From the NCBI RefSeq assembly GCF_000315625.1, contig NW_005434601.1, positions 155,988 to 200,886 on the forward strand: a stretch of DNA of 44,899 nt, in the 5' to 3' direction. Shown piece after piece: positions 8,783 through 20,092 of the stretch; the stretch's first letter is position 1; the number at the start of each line of letters is the position of its first letter. The translations under genes were made by a program, and so were the position numbers. The notes under the pieces were generated by a model. The model was not told the DNA's origin and made no database searches. It worked only from the letters and a program-made list of their open reading frames with translations. This DNA is from Guillardia theta CCMP2712. Lineage: Eukaryota; Protista; Cryptophyta.

Positions 8783-11626
8783 TCAACAACGCTGACCTTG
8801 CCAGATTCTCTTGATGTTTCTTCCCACTGATGCATAAACTGTCGCATGGCAACCTGGAGTTCTCAGTGTGAGGCCGCGATACAGGTGAATGAAACAAGTC
8901 AGATGAATGAAACAAGTAATGGACTGACTTGATATAAAGTCTTGAGAGTCAATACGACCATGTACCAATAACCTGATGATCACAAAAGTGTCAATGGAAA
9001 GCCGAGCTACATTGAACGAAATCACCGAAAGGAGCAAGAGTGCTATGACGGGTAATGCTTGTGTAAGCAATCCTTCCAGCCACAATGTACCTGAAGCACG
9101 TCTCAGAATGTCCAAGCTGTTCAGTCTTCAGTACCAGAAAAATAGGATCAAGAGCTTCTTTCTGTCTCCCATTATCATCGGGCAGAACATCTGAAATTCA
9201 TGAAGATTACGAAGGAAACGATTATCATGCAGGGATTGTATACCTTGCTAACCTTCGTCATGTTCGTGTCGACAGTGTTGCATTTGTTCTTTGTGCAGGC
9301 CGCTTTTTCTCCAAATAGCACAAAAGTTCCAACATATTTGCCGACAATCAGCGCAGGCTTCAGAAGATAAATCATGGTTGCAATATGCAGGAACATCTCG
9401 AAGCAGCCGTGCAGAAGGCCATCAAACGATCCATTCCAGCCAAAATGTTGAGACACTCCCAAGAAAAAGCAAGTAAGCGCAACATTGATAATTGTGTCTG
9501 TTAGCAAATCGTCGAAGACTTCTTTGCATGATCGTATTCTTTCTGCTGATATTGATTCAGGACGAGCCGGGGTTGATCGTTTAGGCTTGACTTTTTCTTC
9601 AGTTACCGTCAACGACAAAAGTCCACAAAAGCACGTCCAAAGATATTTCCTCCTTTGATATTTTCCATCGTCTTCTCGAATGTCACGCACTTCGGCCTCT
9701 AATCCTCCGATTCGTTTCTGCAATCCAGACACGTCGGATTCCACTCTCTCTACAGCTTCAATGGCTGTGCTTGCTGCAAGCTACAGAAACGCATAAGTGA
9801 TATGAGACTGCTTTGTCATCGGGAAGGATACCTGTGCCTGCTTTACTTCTTTCCTTGCTTGGGCAACGGTCGCGCTCGCAACATCCAATTTTTTCAACAA
9901 GCTATCCAACGAGCTTGCTTCCTCGCTCCTTGGGACTTGAAGTTTAGACAGCGCATTCAGACCGATGGAAACCATAGCCTTGACAACAGCAACATTCTCG
10001 TCCTAAGATACGAAAATCGGTCAGGTGAAACTATTCTTTGGAGAGAAATTACTTGTTTCGATTCGAGAGCCATAGCAACAACTGGATGTCGACCAGGTTT
10101 CACGACATGTACAAAGCCAGATCCATCTCCAATGGGTCCCAGATACTCACCAGCATTCACCTTTCCCTTAACTTTCAAGGGAACCTACACAGATAGTCAT
10201 AACCTTGGAGTGCAGGGGAGAGGAGGATAACAAACCTGTCCGAGGTATGCACACCAATGACCAAGTTTTTCTTGTTCTTTAGTCGGATGGGGTTCACCTT
10301 TCCAAAGAGCGTTCTTATCCGACACCACGAGGAACATCTCGGCATCCAAATCATCCGCAGGGACGAGAAAGCCCTCCTTGAGCGCCACCACAGCGCCATT
10401 GAAGAAGGGAGACAGACCCTCTTTGCGCGTGAAGAAATAGGCTTGATCACCCTTACTCGTCTCGCTCCAAATGTTGCCATGCGGATCGAAGGTATCCGAC
10501 AGCTCACGACTTGCCAGAGGCGATGGGAGATGCCAGAACCAAGCCATGTTGTCGCCGCTTTCCGTTCCCGTCATCTTAGATGCATCATTGTGTTGTGCGG
10601 GCGGCTCCATAAAATTGCTCTGCGGGGGCACTTGACAGTCAGGTGGGCTGTGAAGATCTCCATTCATCGATGGAGAAGATTCGTCTGTCATAGAGTCTTC
10701 AGGGCTCAGCGACCCTCCATTAGTGGTAGAGCCTTGTGTCTTCACAGACTGTGAATTGAAGTACTGCCCTCCTGCATCAATTGCATCCAGGAATGCCTAA
10801 CAAACAAATCAGACACACACACACACACACGGCTTCACATATATTGCAGTAAGGCAAAACAATCAATCAATACCTGCAAAGACACCTCGAAGGTCTCGCC
10901 GACGTAAGGCATTTTTGAACGAAGTTTGATCTTGACGTTCTCTCCATCGATAATTGCCGGTGTGACTGGCTGTTGATGCGCGGGATACACCACATGATTC
11001 TGCATAGAAGAAGAGATCCTCGTCCCTGCCTCGTCCTGGCGCTGACGTTTGTTTCCGCTCAAATTTTCTTGAGCCTCAGTCGCGTCCAAGAAACTATAAG
11101 GATTGTTGCCGAGACAAGGTTCCTGCGTAGGCACAGCAGACGGAACCGTTGGGATATTGTCGAGAACGCGGTCCATGTCGGGCGCTTGATAGGCATCCAA
11201 CAGAGTATGCTCTAAGAACTGGCTTGTCCCTGAGATTCCAGGTTGGTTATGGGGAATCGAATGTGCGGGGGCAGAGAGATGTGCAGCCTGCAGGTTCCGA
11301 AGAAGGAGGGGATTCTTCGGAGTGAATCTTGCGCCTGTCTTGGCCCACCTTTCACCAGACTCAAGTTTGTAATACTTGTGCATTCTACTAAATGGCCTCC
11401 CATTAGATCCGTCGTCCCTGTCCCTCTTCCTCCTGAGCTCATCGAACCTCTGAGAGAAGAGCTCGCCATCGATAACCTCATAGCAACCGTGAACCTGGTC
11501 CCATCTCAAAGCTTGTCCTTCCTCGCATATCCTCTGCACAGCATCGGGGAGGAGCAATCCCGTCGACAGCGGCGACACCTCTGCCATGCCCTTCTCTGCG
11601 CTGACAACCCCACCCCCAATTTCCAT
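8783..11626 (-). CDS. Winged-helix (HSF/ETS-like) DNA-binding domain + Peptidase_G2-like intramolecular chaperone domain + coiled coil + hydrophobic/TM C-terminus; 3' end approximate
   Basis: Exons 11626-10874, 10796-10236, 10184-10053, 10002-9832 and 9780-onward join in frame through canonical phase-0 GT-AG introns of 77, 51, 50 and 51 nt. Domain calls are by motif resemblance (see findings). Confidence 0.75.
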
Positions 11627-13747
11627 TCCGGACCCCTCCCTGCACCGCCTTGCATTCCACCCCACCCTCCATTCTCGAAAAATTTACTACACATTCTTCT
11701 ACCACTACCACTACCACTAAACTCACCACCCCTTCTACTCCACCCCACGGCAAATTCAGATTGTTGAAGGTCACTACTACCCCTGTCACCTCTACCACCC
11801 ATGGATCATGACAAACCCTACCCCAGAACGGAAAGTTGATCACCCCACCACAACAGACGAAGCACACCACCCACCTTCTTACGATGAGGAGTAGGACCCC
11901 ACCTCATATTTTCTCACACCTGCCACCGTGCTTGGACCAATCCTTTCATCTGTCCTACCCCCTGAGTAAGACCAAGGACCTTCCCACCTACACCACCCCC
12001 CGTGTCGTGTCAACAAGAGATCGAGCTGGGACCTGGACCCAGTCCACCCTACCCCCATCAGATCTTCCTACCCCACCCATGAGAATGTGGAGACCCACCC
12101 TGTTCAAAGGCTAGTTTGCTTCGATTTGATTGCCCTACCCCACAATTTACCTACCCTACCACCCTCACAGTTCTTCAAAAATATGATCTATTATGAATTT
12201 TTGTATGTGGTCCCTTCCATCGAACATATAAAATCTTTGGTTGATCCCCTGTACCCTTGCCTCTAGTACCCTACCCCTGACAAGGCAATATAGAACCCAC
12301 CCCTCTCGAGGCTACTACCCCTTGCAAAGGAAACAGTGCACCAATCACCCCCTCTCCAACAATGATAACACCCACCCACAGTTGAGGTAGCACAAGGCGA
12401 CCTAGTACCCCTATTTGATGTCCTTTTATCTTGTCCAAGAGGAGTAGGGCATGCGACAAGGTGGTAGGGTGAGGGTATGTAGTGGGTGGGGTATAGGGGT
12501 GATGGGACTTAATTGGGGGTGGGGGGGTGGGGAGGGACTGCCATGGTGGCAGAGCAGTGGGTTGCAACGATCAGAGCGAAAAAAAGTTAAAAGTGCGAAT
12601 ACTACCCCTTGTACAACAGAGAGGGTACCCCCTACCCTGACAAATCAACAGGTATCCCACCTCTTTCAGCTCGATTCACGGTCACCATGACGGGTTCTAC
12701 GATACACAACCCGAGGTAAAATCACCCAATTCTTCGATAGGTGGGTGGGTAGTCGGGTGGGATTGCATCGGCAGAGTGATGAGGTATTGCCGTGACCAAA
12801 TAAAAGATAAAATTGTATAAATGTTTTATGTGAATACCAAAGACGTAAAACGAAACGTTGTGATTTAAATATTTAAAAGTCTATCTTCGGCACAAGCGCT
12901 GCGTTCTGTCATCGTAAAACATTTATAACACGGAGAACTGTCATGTTCCCCGCCTTTACAGACTTGAAAATATTTTCGGATATTTCAAATCTGACTGAAT
13001 AGTTTGAATAATACATGGTAAATCTAAAAAAAGTGCTCATTTCTGCTAAAACGAACTAGGGTCCCACCACCCCTGTCTACAAGCAAATTAATCACCCACC
13101 CCCCCTTTAAGTGCATCGTTTGCCTGCAGGGGTGCTGGGGAAGCACAGGTCCGCCTCGGGAACTGTAACCAAAGGAAAAAAATAAAAGACGAGGGGAATG
13201 GTGGCGGGAAAACAGATTTCTCATGAGCGAAGGCAATGCAAGAGCATGCGCAGGGGAAGGCAAAGTTGGGAAGGAGAAGCGATTTGGACTGGGGAGGGGG
13301 TGAGATGCGAGGAGGAGGGTGAGGGGTGTGTGGATGTTCTGCGGGGGATGGGTGGGATGGGAGGGATGTAAAAGAGTTGATCAGAGGGAATGTTAGTACG
13401 CAACCTCTTGCGGTAGTAAGAGAGGCTACTAGAATCATCAGGGCACGCAGAATAGCCTGTGGATATCGTTCCATCATGTGCGGGTGAAGGGTGTGTGCGC
13501 AGCTCGCTATAGATGTGATGGCAGCCAAAAAAAGTATCACAGCCAGGCTAGTGGATCAGAACACAAGGAAGTATGAAAGAGGCGCTGAGGTAACTGTCAT
13601 AACATCGATATCCAAGTTGAGAAAGATTTCGATGTGTAAATAGCTAATGCCCACAAAGCACTGTCGAGAAGTGACTGGAAGACAAGTATTTACATACATA
13701 TCAGTTGTGCTCCGGTTCAGTGTTCTCGTGTCGTCTGAAACATCCTT

Positions 13748-16700
13748 TCACCCCACGAAGTTGACGGTTCTCTTCATTTCCACCACATCCTGTCCGTTCT
13801 TGTCAACAGCCCAGACATGCAGCTGTAGGAGACCCAGGCCTGATTTGGGGGATAGTCAGCACGGGCGATGTTCTTCATCGTCCTTCACCTGCTGCAATGC
13901 TAAGCTCCTGCCGCAGCCTCCTAACTTCCAGCACGCCCTCGTGCAGGCGGTTCCCAGAGATCTCAAGCACGATCCCCTTGATGTCCTTCAAGAGCGAAGG
14001 AGAGACGAGTAAGATTGAGGAGCTGTGGAGGACTGGAGGCTTACCTCTGGGATCCAAAACCCTCTCACGACAACCTCCAGCAACAGCATGCCGTCCTGGA
14101 CGCGGCTTCCTTCCTGTGGACTGAGGCAGCATCAACGTGTCTTCATGCTCAGTTGACAGAGGACTTCACCTCAAGATTTCAATCTCCTTCCTGTCGCAGA
14201 GGCCAGCGACGTGACCCCAGCTAAGGGTAGACGAGCTACGCTCGCAAGCCCTCGCTCTGAGGGAGGGGCGCATCCGTCCGAGGATCTGGGAGCGAGCAGG
14301 AGGAATGTCCGAGAAGAAGGCACCTAGCGCCGTTCGGATCTCCCTGCTCAGTGCGGCAAAGACCCGACGAGACGCGAATTCTGAGTGGACTAGCGGGTCG
14401 CTCTTGGCGATGCACTGCCTTTCACCCGCGATCTCCTGTAGCCTCACTGTGTACGGTGCGAAGTCCCAGTCCTGCAAGATGCTGCCGTGGCTTGTCACGT
14501 AACTGGACAAGCTCTCGTCGAAGGCGGTCTTGAGCATGCGCCGAGATGCTGCGAACGCGGGGAGAGGAACAGATCCTTGCAAGATCCTGTGGCCGATGAT
14601 CTTCCTGAACTGGTTGAGCAGGATACTTTCGCGCTCCTCTTCCTCCGTCAGCCTTGCTGTCGGGTCCTCGACCGGCAGAGGGAAGCGCTTCCAGCCTGCC
14701 AGCATCACCTCGCACCCGTCCTGCAAGAAAAGTTACCGTGCTACTCTAACAGCTCAACCTCTCTGACCTCCTGGGCGAGCTGGAGGCTGTGGAACAAATT
14801 TCTGTCGGCCATCCAGTCCCTCGCATCGATCCACAGGACCCACTGGAAGGTTGAACCTTCATCGGCGATCGACACCGACTCCTCAAGGGCTCGAGCGGTT
14901 TGATAATCGTGGGGCACAACGGAGGGGAAGAGGTCAAAACCAAACGAGGAGTTGATGAACACAAGTTGTAGAGACTGATAGAACAACTCAGATCCGTGCT
15001 GGTCGAATTGAGCCTGAGTATGAGACAAGACAATCTTGACTCGGCCACAAAAATTTTGACTGGCGATGCTCTCCAAGCATCTCAGCAAGTCTTCTTTCCC
15101 TGCTCAAGGATCATCTCCAAATCAACACCGAGCTCCTCTCCTCCACCGGCTTTCGTGGCCACCACTCGAACTTCAATGACCGCCTCCTCTTCCTCCGGTC
15201 GAGAGCAGAGCCGGTCCGTCTGCTGTGGTAGCTCCTCGTCTTCTCTTCCCGGCCGTAGGTCTTGAACTTCAGACCTCTCTGACTGATTCTCAGATAGCAA
15301 ACTCGATGGAGCAGTAGTGCTACCTGATCGCCTCCTTCCCACCACCTCCTCCAGTCCATTCTTCCAGATCCATCCGAGAGGATCGAGATATTTCTTCGCA
15401 AGTTCGAAGTTGGCGGAGACGCCCTCCTTCATCTGCAACAGCCTCAGGCTCCCCCTCCTCGCCCTTGGGACTTACTTCATCGTAGAGCTCTGCCGACAGA
15501 CTGGCTAGCACAAGTTCGGCTTTTTCTATGTCCTCAATGTAAATGACCCCCCTCGAATCGAACATCTCCAGCACAGTCTGTTGTGTGTTAACGATGAGGA
15601 GTTGAAAGATGGTGGGATATGTGGGTAGTGATGGTGGCTATGATAGAGGAAGGGATGAGGAACAGCAAGGGAGAAGACATTGGAGGAAAAAGAGGTCCTC
15701 ATAAACCTTTGGTCCCCAATAAATTGGAATCGTCCCAGTGATGAAGCAATCGATGAGTTTTTCAGTGAAGTACGAATCATATCTCAACAACGAAGAGTTT
15801 CAGGCCGGACGGTGAACAGGTTGGAAACAGAAAACCTGCTGTTCTCGATTGCAAATGAGAACATGTAAGGTACTAGGGTGACTTGCTTGTCGGTGATAAA
15901 TTGCCCGTCGTATGCCTGTTACAACTTACACTTGAATATGAAAGCAATAGGAACGAAGGTTGTACCTGCCCAAAACACTCTAACGTATCCAACCCCTCCT
16001 TTCTTCCGATCTTCTGTCCACAATGTCTCTCGACGATCTTGTGCCTGACTTGGTGACCTGACATTGACATCAACGCTTTCCTACCTTGCCGCACCCGGGC
16101 CCGCAATCGCACCAGGAGCATGTGATTTTGCACTTGCCAACATCGAAGCAAGACGAGACTTGTTGTGTATCTTCCTTGCATCCGCATGGATCAAAGATGT
16201 TGCGATGGGTGCATATCGCCCCATCCCGTTGGGAAGTTTCGCAATCAGCTCCTGAGAAAGGTTTGAGAATCTAACTGCGACATCTATGACGTACTTGCTT
16301 GTGTGTGAAGACAAGGTCGAACTTGGAATAGTTGTTCTCGATGAAGGTGTAGGGCCCTGCATGAATCACTGGAGGCTCTAAGATCCATGCTGCATGCAAC
16401 TGCACGTTTACAAGCTCCATCAGCTCAACCATCATCCTCCTGCTCTCTCTCTCACCGCATTCTCAAGCCGTATGCTCGGCAACGAGGAGCTCCACTGCCC
16501 AAAGAAGGAGGAGGAGGAGTCGAACCGGCGAAGATTTCTTTGCAGCTCTCTATCCGTGTACAAGATTACATCCACAACCACGTCTCCAGATCTGTTCTGC
16601 ACGCCCTGAGACTTGCTCGCGAGGAATGGACAACTTGAATGGCGGATCTCGAACTCCGGCCGATCCACAAGACCGAAAACAATCCAGTCATGAGGGCGGA

Positions 16701-16992
16701 GGTCGTCGGTGTAGGCTGCCGCAGAGTCTTGAGTCGTGCACGTACCGAAGCCCTCTCTCATCGAGCATCCGCACAGGCCATGGAGGTCCCCGAAGGTGCT
16801 ATCAAGGAGCAGCATGACTGGCCTGCCTGGTCGCGTGCAGACCTCGTGGGAAAACTTGGTTGCCTCGGGCCCAGAGCAGTGAGCTGATCCCCACAGAGCT
16901 CCTTCGCATGCATCCTGGGGTGGTGGTGCCACAGCAGTGCAGAGCAGGAGAGACAAGGAGAGCATGCGATAAACATGTTTGACATGGGACAT
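13748..16992 (-). CDS. Secretory-pathway glycosyltransferase: GT10 (alpha-1,3/4-fucosyltransferase-like) domain plus a second GT-A-like domain; multi-exon
   Basis: Hydrophobic leader MLSLSLLLCTAVA. Spliced GT10 motifs KSRLASMLASAKSHAPG..HQVRHKIV, YMFSFAIENS (~15840-15868), YFTEKLIDCFITGTIPIYWGPK (~15707-15772), EMFDSRGVIYIEDIE, ANFELAKKY. Downstream VKIVLSH...FQWVLWIDARDWM...CEVMLAG resembles a GT-A DxD region. Joining all exons into one gene is inferred. Confidence 0.7.
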
Positions 16993-17038
16993 TGGACGAG
17001 ACTGCGATCAGACAGCCGACTTCGCACAGGATCAGTCG

Positions 17039-17112
17039 GGAGATGCTGTAGGTGTGGTTAAGCGAGGAGAGGAGGGAGATGCTGTAGGTGTGGTTAAGCG
17101 AGGAGAGGAGGG
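17039..17112. repeat. 36-bp tandem duplication (ggagatgctgtaggtgtggttaagcgaggagaggag x2)
   Basis: Two adjacent identical copies upstream of the GT gene. Confidence 0.85.
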
Positions 17113-17292
17113 AGAGGAGAGGCAGAGGCAGAGGCAAAGGAGAGGGAGAGGAGGAAGGAGCCCGCGAACTTCAGTCTCCAAGCACCATTTTGTCAGGATC
17201 TCTTTCTCAACTATCAAGTCTGCCTCAGGAAGTTCTCTAATGAGGATCAGAGGGCAGCAACATGAGAGGTTTTCGCAGGAGTGAGGCCGCCA

Positions 17293-18116
17293 TTATGGCG
17301 TGATGCTGCTTGCAACGGTGACAGGAGTAGATGCCGGTGATGCGACGGGAGGAGGAGAAGGTACAAGAGCTACAGGAACATCAGAAGCATCAGGAGGAGG
17401 AGAAGCACGGGAAGATACAGGAACTACAGGAGCTACAGGGGGAGCAGGAGCAGGAGGGGCAGGGGAAGCAGGAACAGATCTGAGTGTGTCCGGGGGATCC
17501 CGAGACTGCAGCATGGGCATGGCGGAGCAAGGAGCGATGGGAACTTCTCCGGCTCCTGGAGAGCAGCTGAATCTCACCGCACCTGTCATCTTGCGCACGG
17601 TCAGTAAGCCTCCTGCTTGTTGCTGAGCTCAACAGGGTGAGCAGATAGCTGTGTTCTTGCTATCAGGGCTGTGCGAGATCGGAGGAGGGTGGCTGGTGTG
17701 GAACAGCATCAGGTGGAGAGGTCGGCCTGGCTGAAAGTTTCCTCTGACATGGCGCGCAAGGGAGGGCAAGCCTGTATGGCACGGCATCCTTGGTGGAGTG
17801 GTGTGAACAGAGCGATCCTTGGTTTGTGGTTGACTGAGAGACTTGTTTAGATCCTGGCGATTTATGGAGTGGTCGCTACCCTACAGCCAGAGGGGCTGGA
17901 CTTCGGTAGAGTCTACGCCGCCTACGGGTCTCGTACGATTGACACGATGTGATGAGCGACTGATGTGCTTGAAGAGGATATTTCATCCTGCTCTCCCTCC
18001 TCTGGGGCGTCTACGTCGACAGAAGCTGGTCCCTTGACATCTTCTGACCTTCCTGGCTGCTGCTGAACATGCCGGGCAGGTGATGGACGCCGGGGACTTC
18101 GTGGGAAGTGCCATGG
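17293..18116 (-). CDS. Hypothetical Pro/Ala/Ser-rich protein
   Basis: Terminal exon ...QQAGGLLTVRKMTGAVRF...PASPAPPAPAPPVAPVVP...SSITP*. Possible first exon MALPTKSPASITCPACSAAARK. Exon structure unresolved. Confidence 0.35.
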
Positions 18117-18216
18117 CTATCGCTGGAGCACTTATCATAGTGTTCTGGAAGAGATGAGAGGATCAAGTGGCTGTGGGGCAGGGGGGAGGGGAGACTGCTG
18201 CAGCATCCCGGGAGCC

Positions 18217-19790
18217 TCAAGGCCACTCGGAGATAACAGGAGAAGGCCACTGGAGTTGCGCCTTGCTCTGCAGCGGGCTCAGGTCGCTTTGAGCAGGAGA
18301 AGCAGCACACACCCATAGGCTGACGGAGTCCTTGCCCCAGTCCTGGTGCTCTCCCAAGAGGGCGAGCCCAGCTGCCTGCCAGCACACAGTCAGCTCAGAC
18401 CGAGCAGGAGGGCAGGAGCTGACCTTGAGGACGTGGTGGTCGATGAGGGAAGGGACCTGGAGGGCAGCGGTCATTCTTAGAGAAGGCTGGACAGGACACG
18501 ACAGACCGGGAGCTGGTCGAACTTGATGGGGGCAACAATCACGATCGCTCGATCCACGAGCTTCTGCTGGAGGAATCGCTTCACCGTCGCCTGCGTGCAG
18601 ACATGCTGAGGTTGCGACCGCATGCTCCCGTCACTCACCGGCCCGCCCTCGAGCATGAGCTCCTTGACGCCCAGGTTGCTCAGCTCGCCGAGGATGCTGC
18701 AAGGGCATGGAGGAAATGTAACAGTAGCAAGCGCGGTGGAAGACGCATACCTTGTGAGGTCCAACGATCTATGTTGATTCGTTGGTGTTGGAATGAAAGA
18801 AACTTGATTGGTAGCTGGAGGACGTCGATCATGTCCGCATTCTAGCAAAAAGCAGTCATACCTTCCAGCTCAGAGATCAGCTGTATCCTCCTCTTGTCGA
18901 CCTCGTCGGAATCGCTATGGAAAATGACTGTCTTATACCCGTCCCTCATCACTTTACACTGCGCAACTTTCTCAGGCACGCATGAACATCAAAAGACCAT
19001 GATGGCACATGCGCTTCGATCTTCAAGGAAGGATCGATCACGGCTCTTAACGGTTGTTCTCTCCCTTCCAGCAATGGAACTCTCCTCACTGTCAAGGAGC
19101 TTGCAGCGATAGGCATCAAACAAACACAGCATTGATTTGTTCACGGGACGTACGGGTCGTCTCGGACAACCGTGCCGATCCCAACGAGGACAGCATCTGA
19201 ACACCTCCGCAGCCTAGCACCATCATCTATCACATGCAGACTGATGCTGATATCAAACACCTGTGCACCGCATCCAGGGATTGCTCGCTCGTAAATCTTT
19301 TGGAAGTGATTCCAAGATCCTGAGACGAAAGTTGTCACCGCGATCCGCGGGGTAAGGGTTGTAGGATGTAGGATGAAGATCTGCTGTACAGGAGGCTCTT
19401 GACTTACATCTACAGCGCCGTTCTCGTCCAGAGCGATCTTGAGGGTAACGATAGGAAGCTGTTCGTTTACCATGTTGATTCGCGTCCTGGGATCGAGACC
19501 TTGATGGGTTCGCAGTGAAGAATGAAAAATTCAAACCTCAGCTCCGAACATCTTCTATGGCATGCAACGGTGCTGAGAGGGCGAGGGGAACAGCATGGCT
19601 GAGAGGAAAGGGATGAGATGTAGGACATGCTGGTCGAGGAGTGGGGTACCCCACGGATGGATGGAGATACATGGCGGCAGTGAAGGGGTAGAAAAGCCTG
19701 AAGGGGTTCAACCGAGGCAAAGAGCACGGCGATGCTGAGGATGGAACAGCTGCTAGATCTAGTCGGACTTCTGTTCGATTGCAAAGTCAT
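18217..19790 (-). CDS. RibD C-terminal (pyrimidine reductase, DHFR-like fold) domain protein with probable bipartite plastid-targeting leader; multi-exon
   Basis: Motifs LPIVTLKIALDENGAVD, RLRRCSDAVLVGIGTVVRDDP, PLRVVIDPSLKI-like, ILGELSNLGVKELMLEGGP, TVKRFLQQKLVDRAIVIVAP. N-terminus MTLQ...SILSIAVLFASVEPLQA-FLP looks like signal peptide + Phe motif. Confidence 0.85.
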
Positions 19791-19910
19791 ACTCGAATCT
19801 GACAAGTTCCCTTCTCCTCCTCCCCTTCAGCGCATCGTGATCCGAAAGCTGTCTTGGCCTATCTCTTGCCTTGAGTATAGATTTTCATCCCCCAAAAGTC
19901 CCTCAGAAAC

Positions 19911-20092
19911 TCTCTCTCCTCCTCTAGTTCTCTCTCCTCCTCTAGTTCTCTCTCCTCCTCTAGTTCTCAATCCTCCTCTAGTTCTCTCTCCTCCTCTAGT
20001 TCTCTCTCCTCCTCTAGTTCTCTCTCCTCCTCTAGTTCTCTCTCCTCCTCTAGCTCCCTCTCCTCCTCTAGCTCCCTCTCCTCCTCTAGTTC
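19911..20092. repeat. 18-bp minisatellite (tctctcctcctctagttc)n, ~10 copies
   Basis: Directly visible tandem array between the divergent RibD-like and racemase-like genes. Confidence 0.9.
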
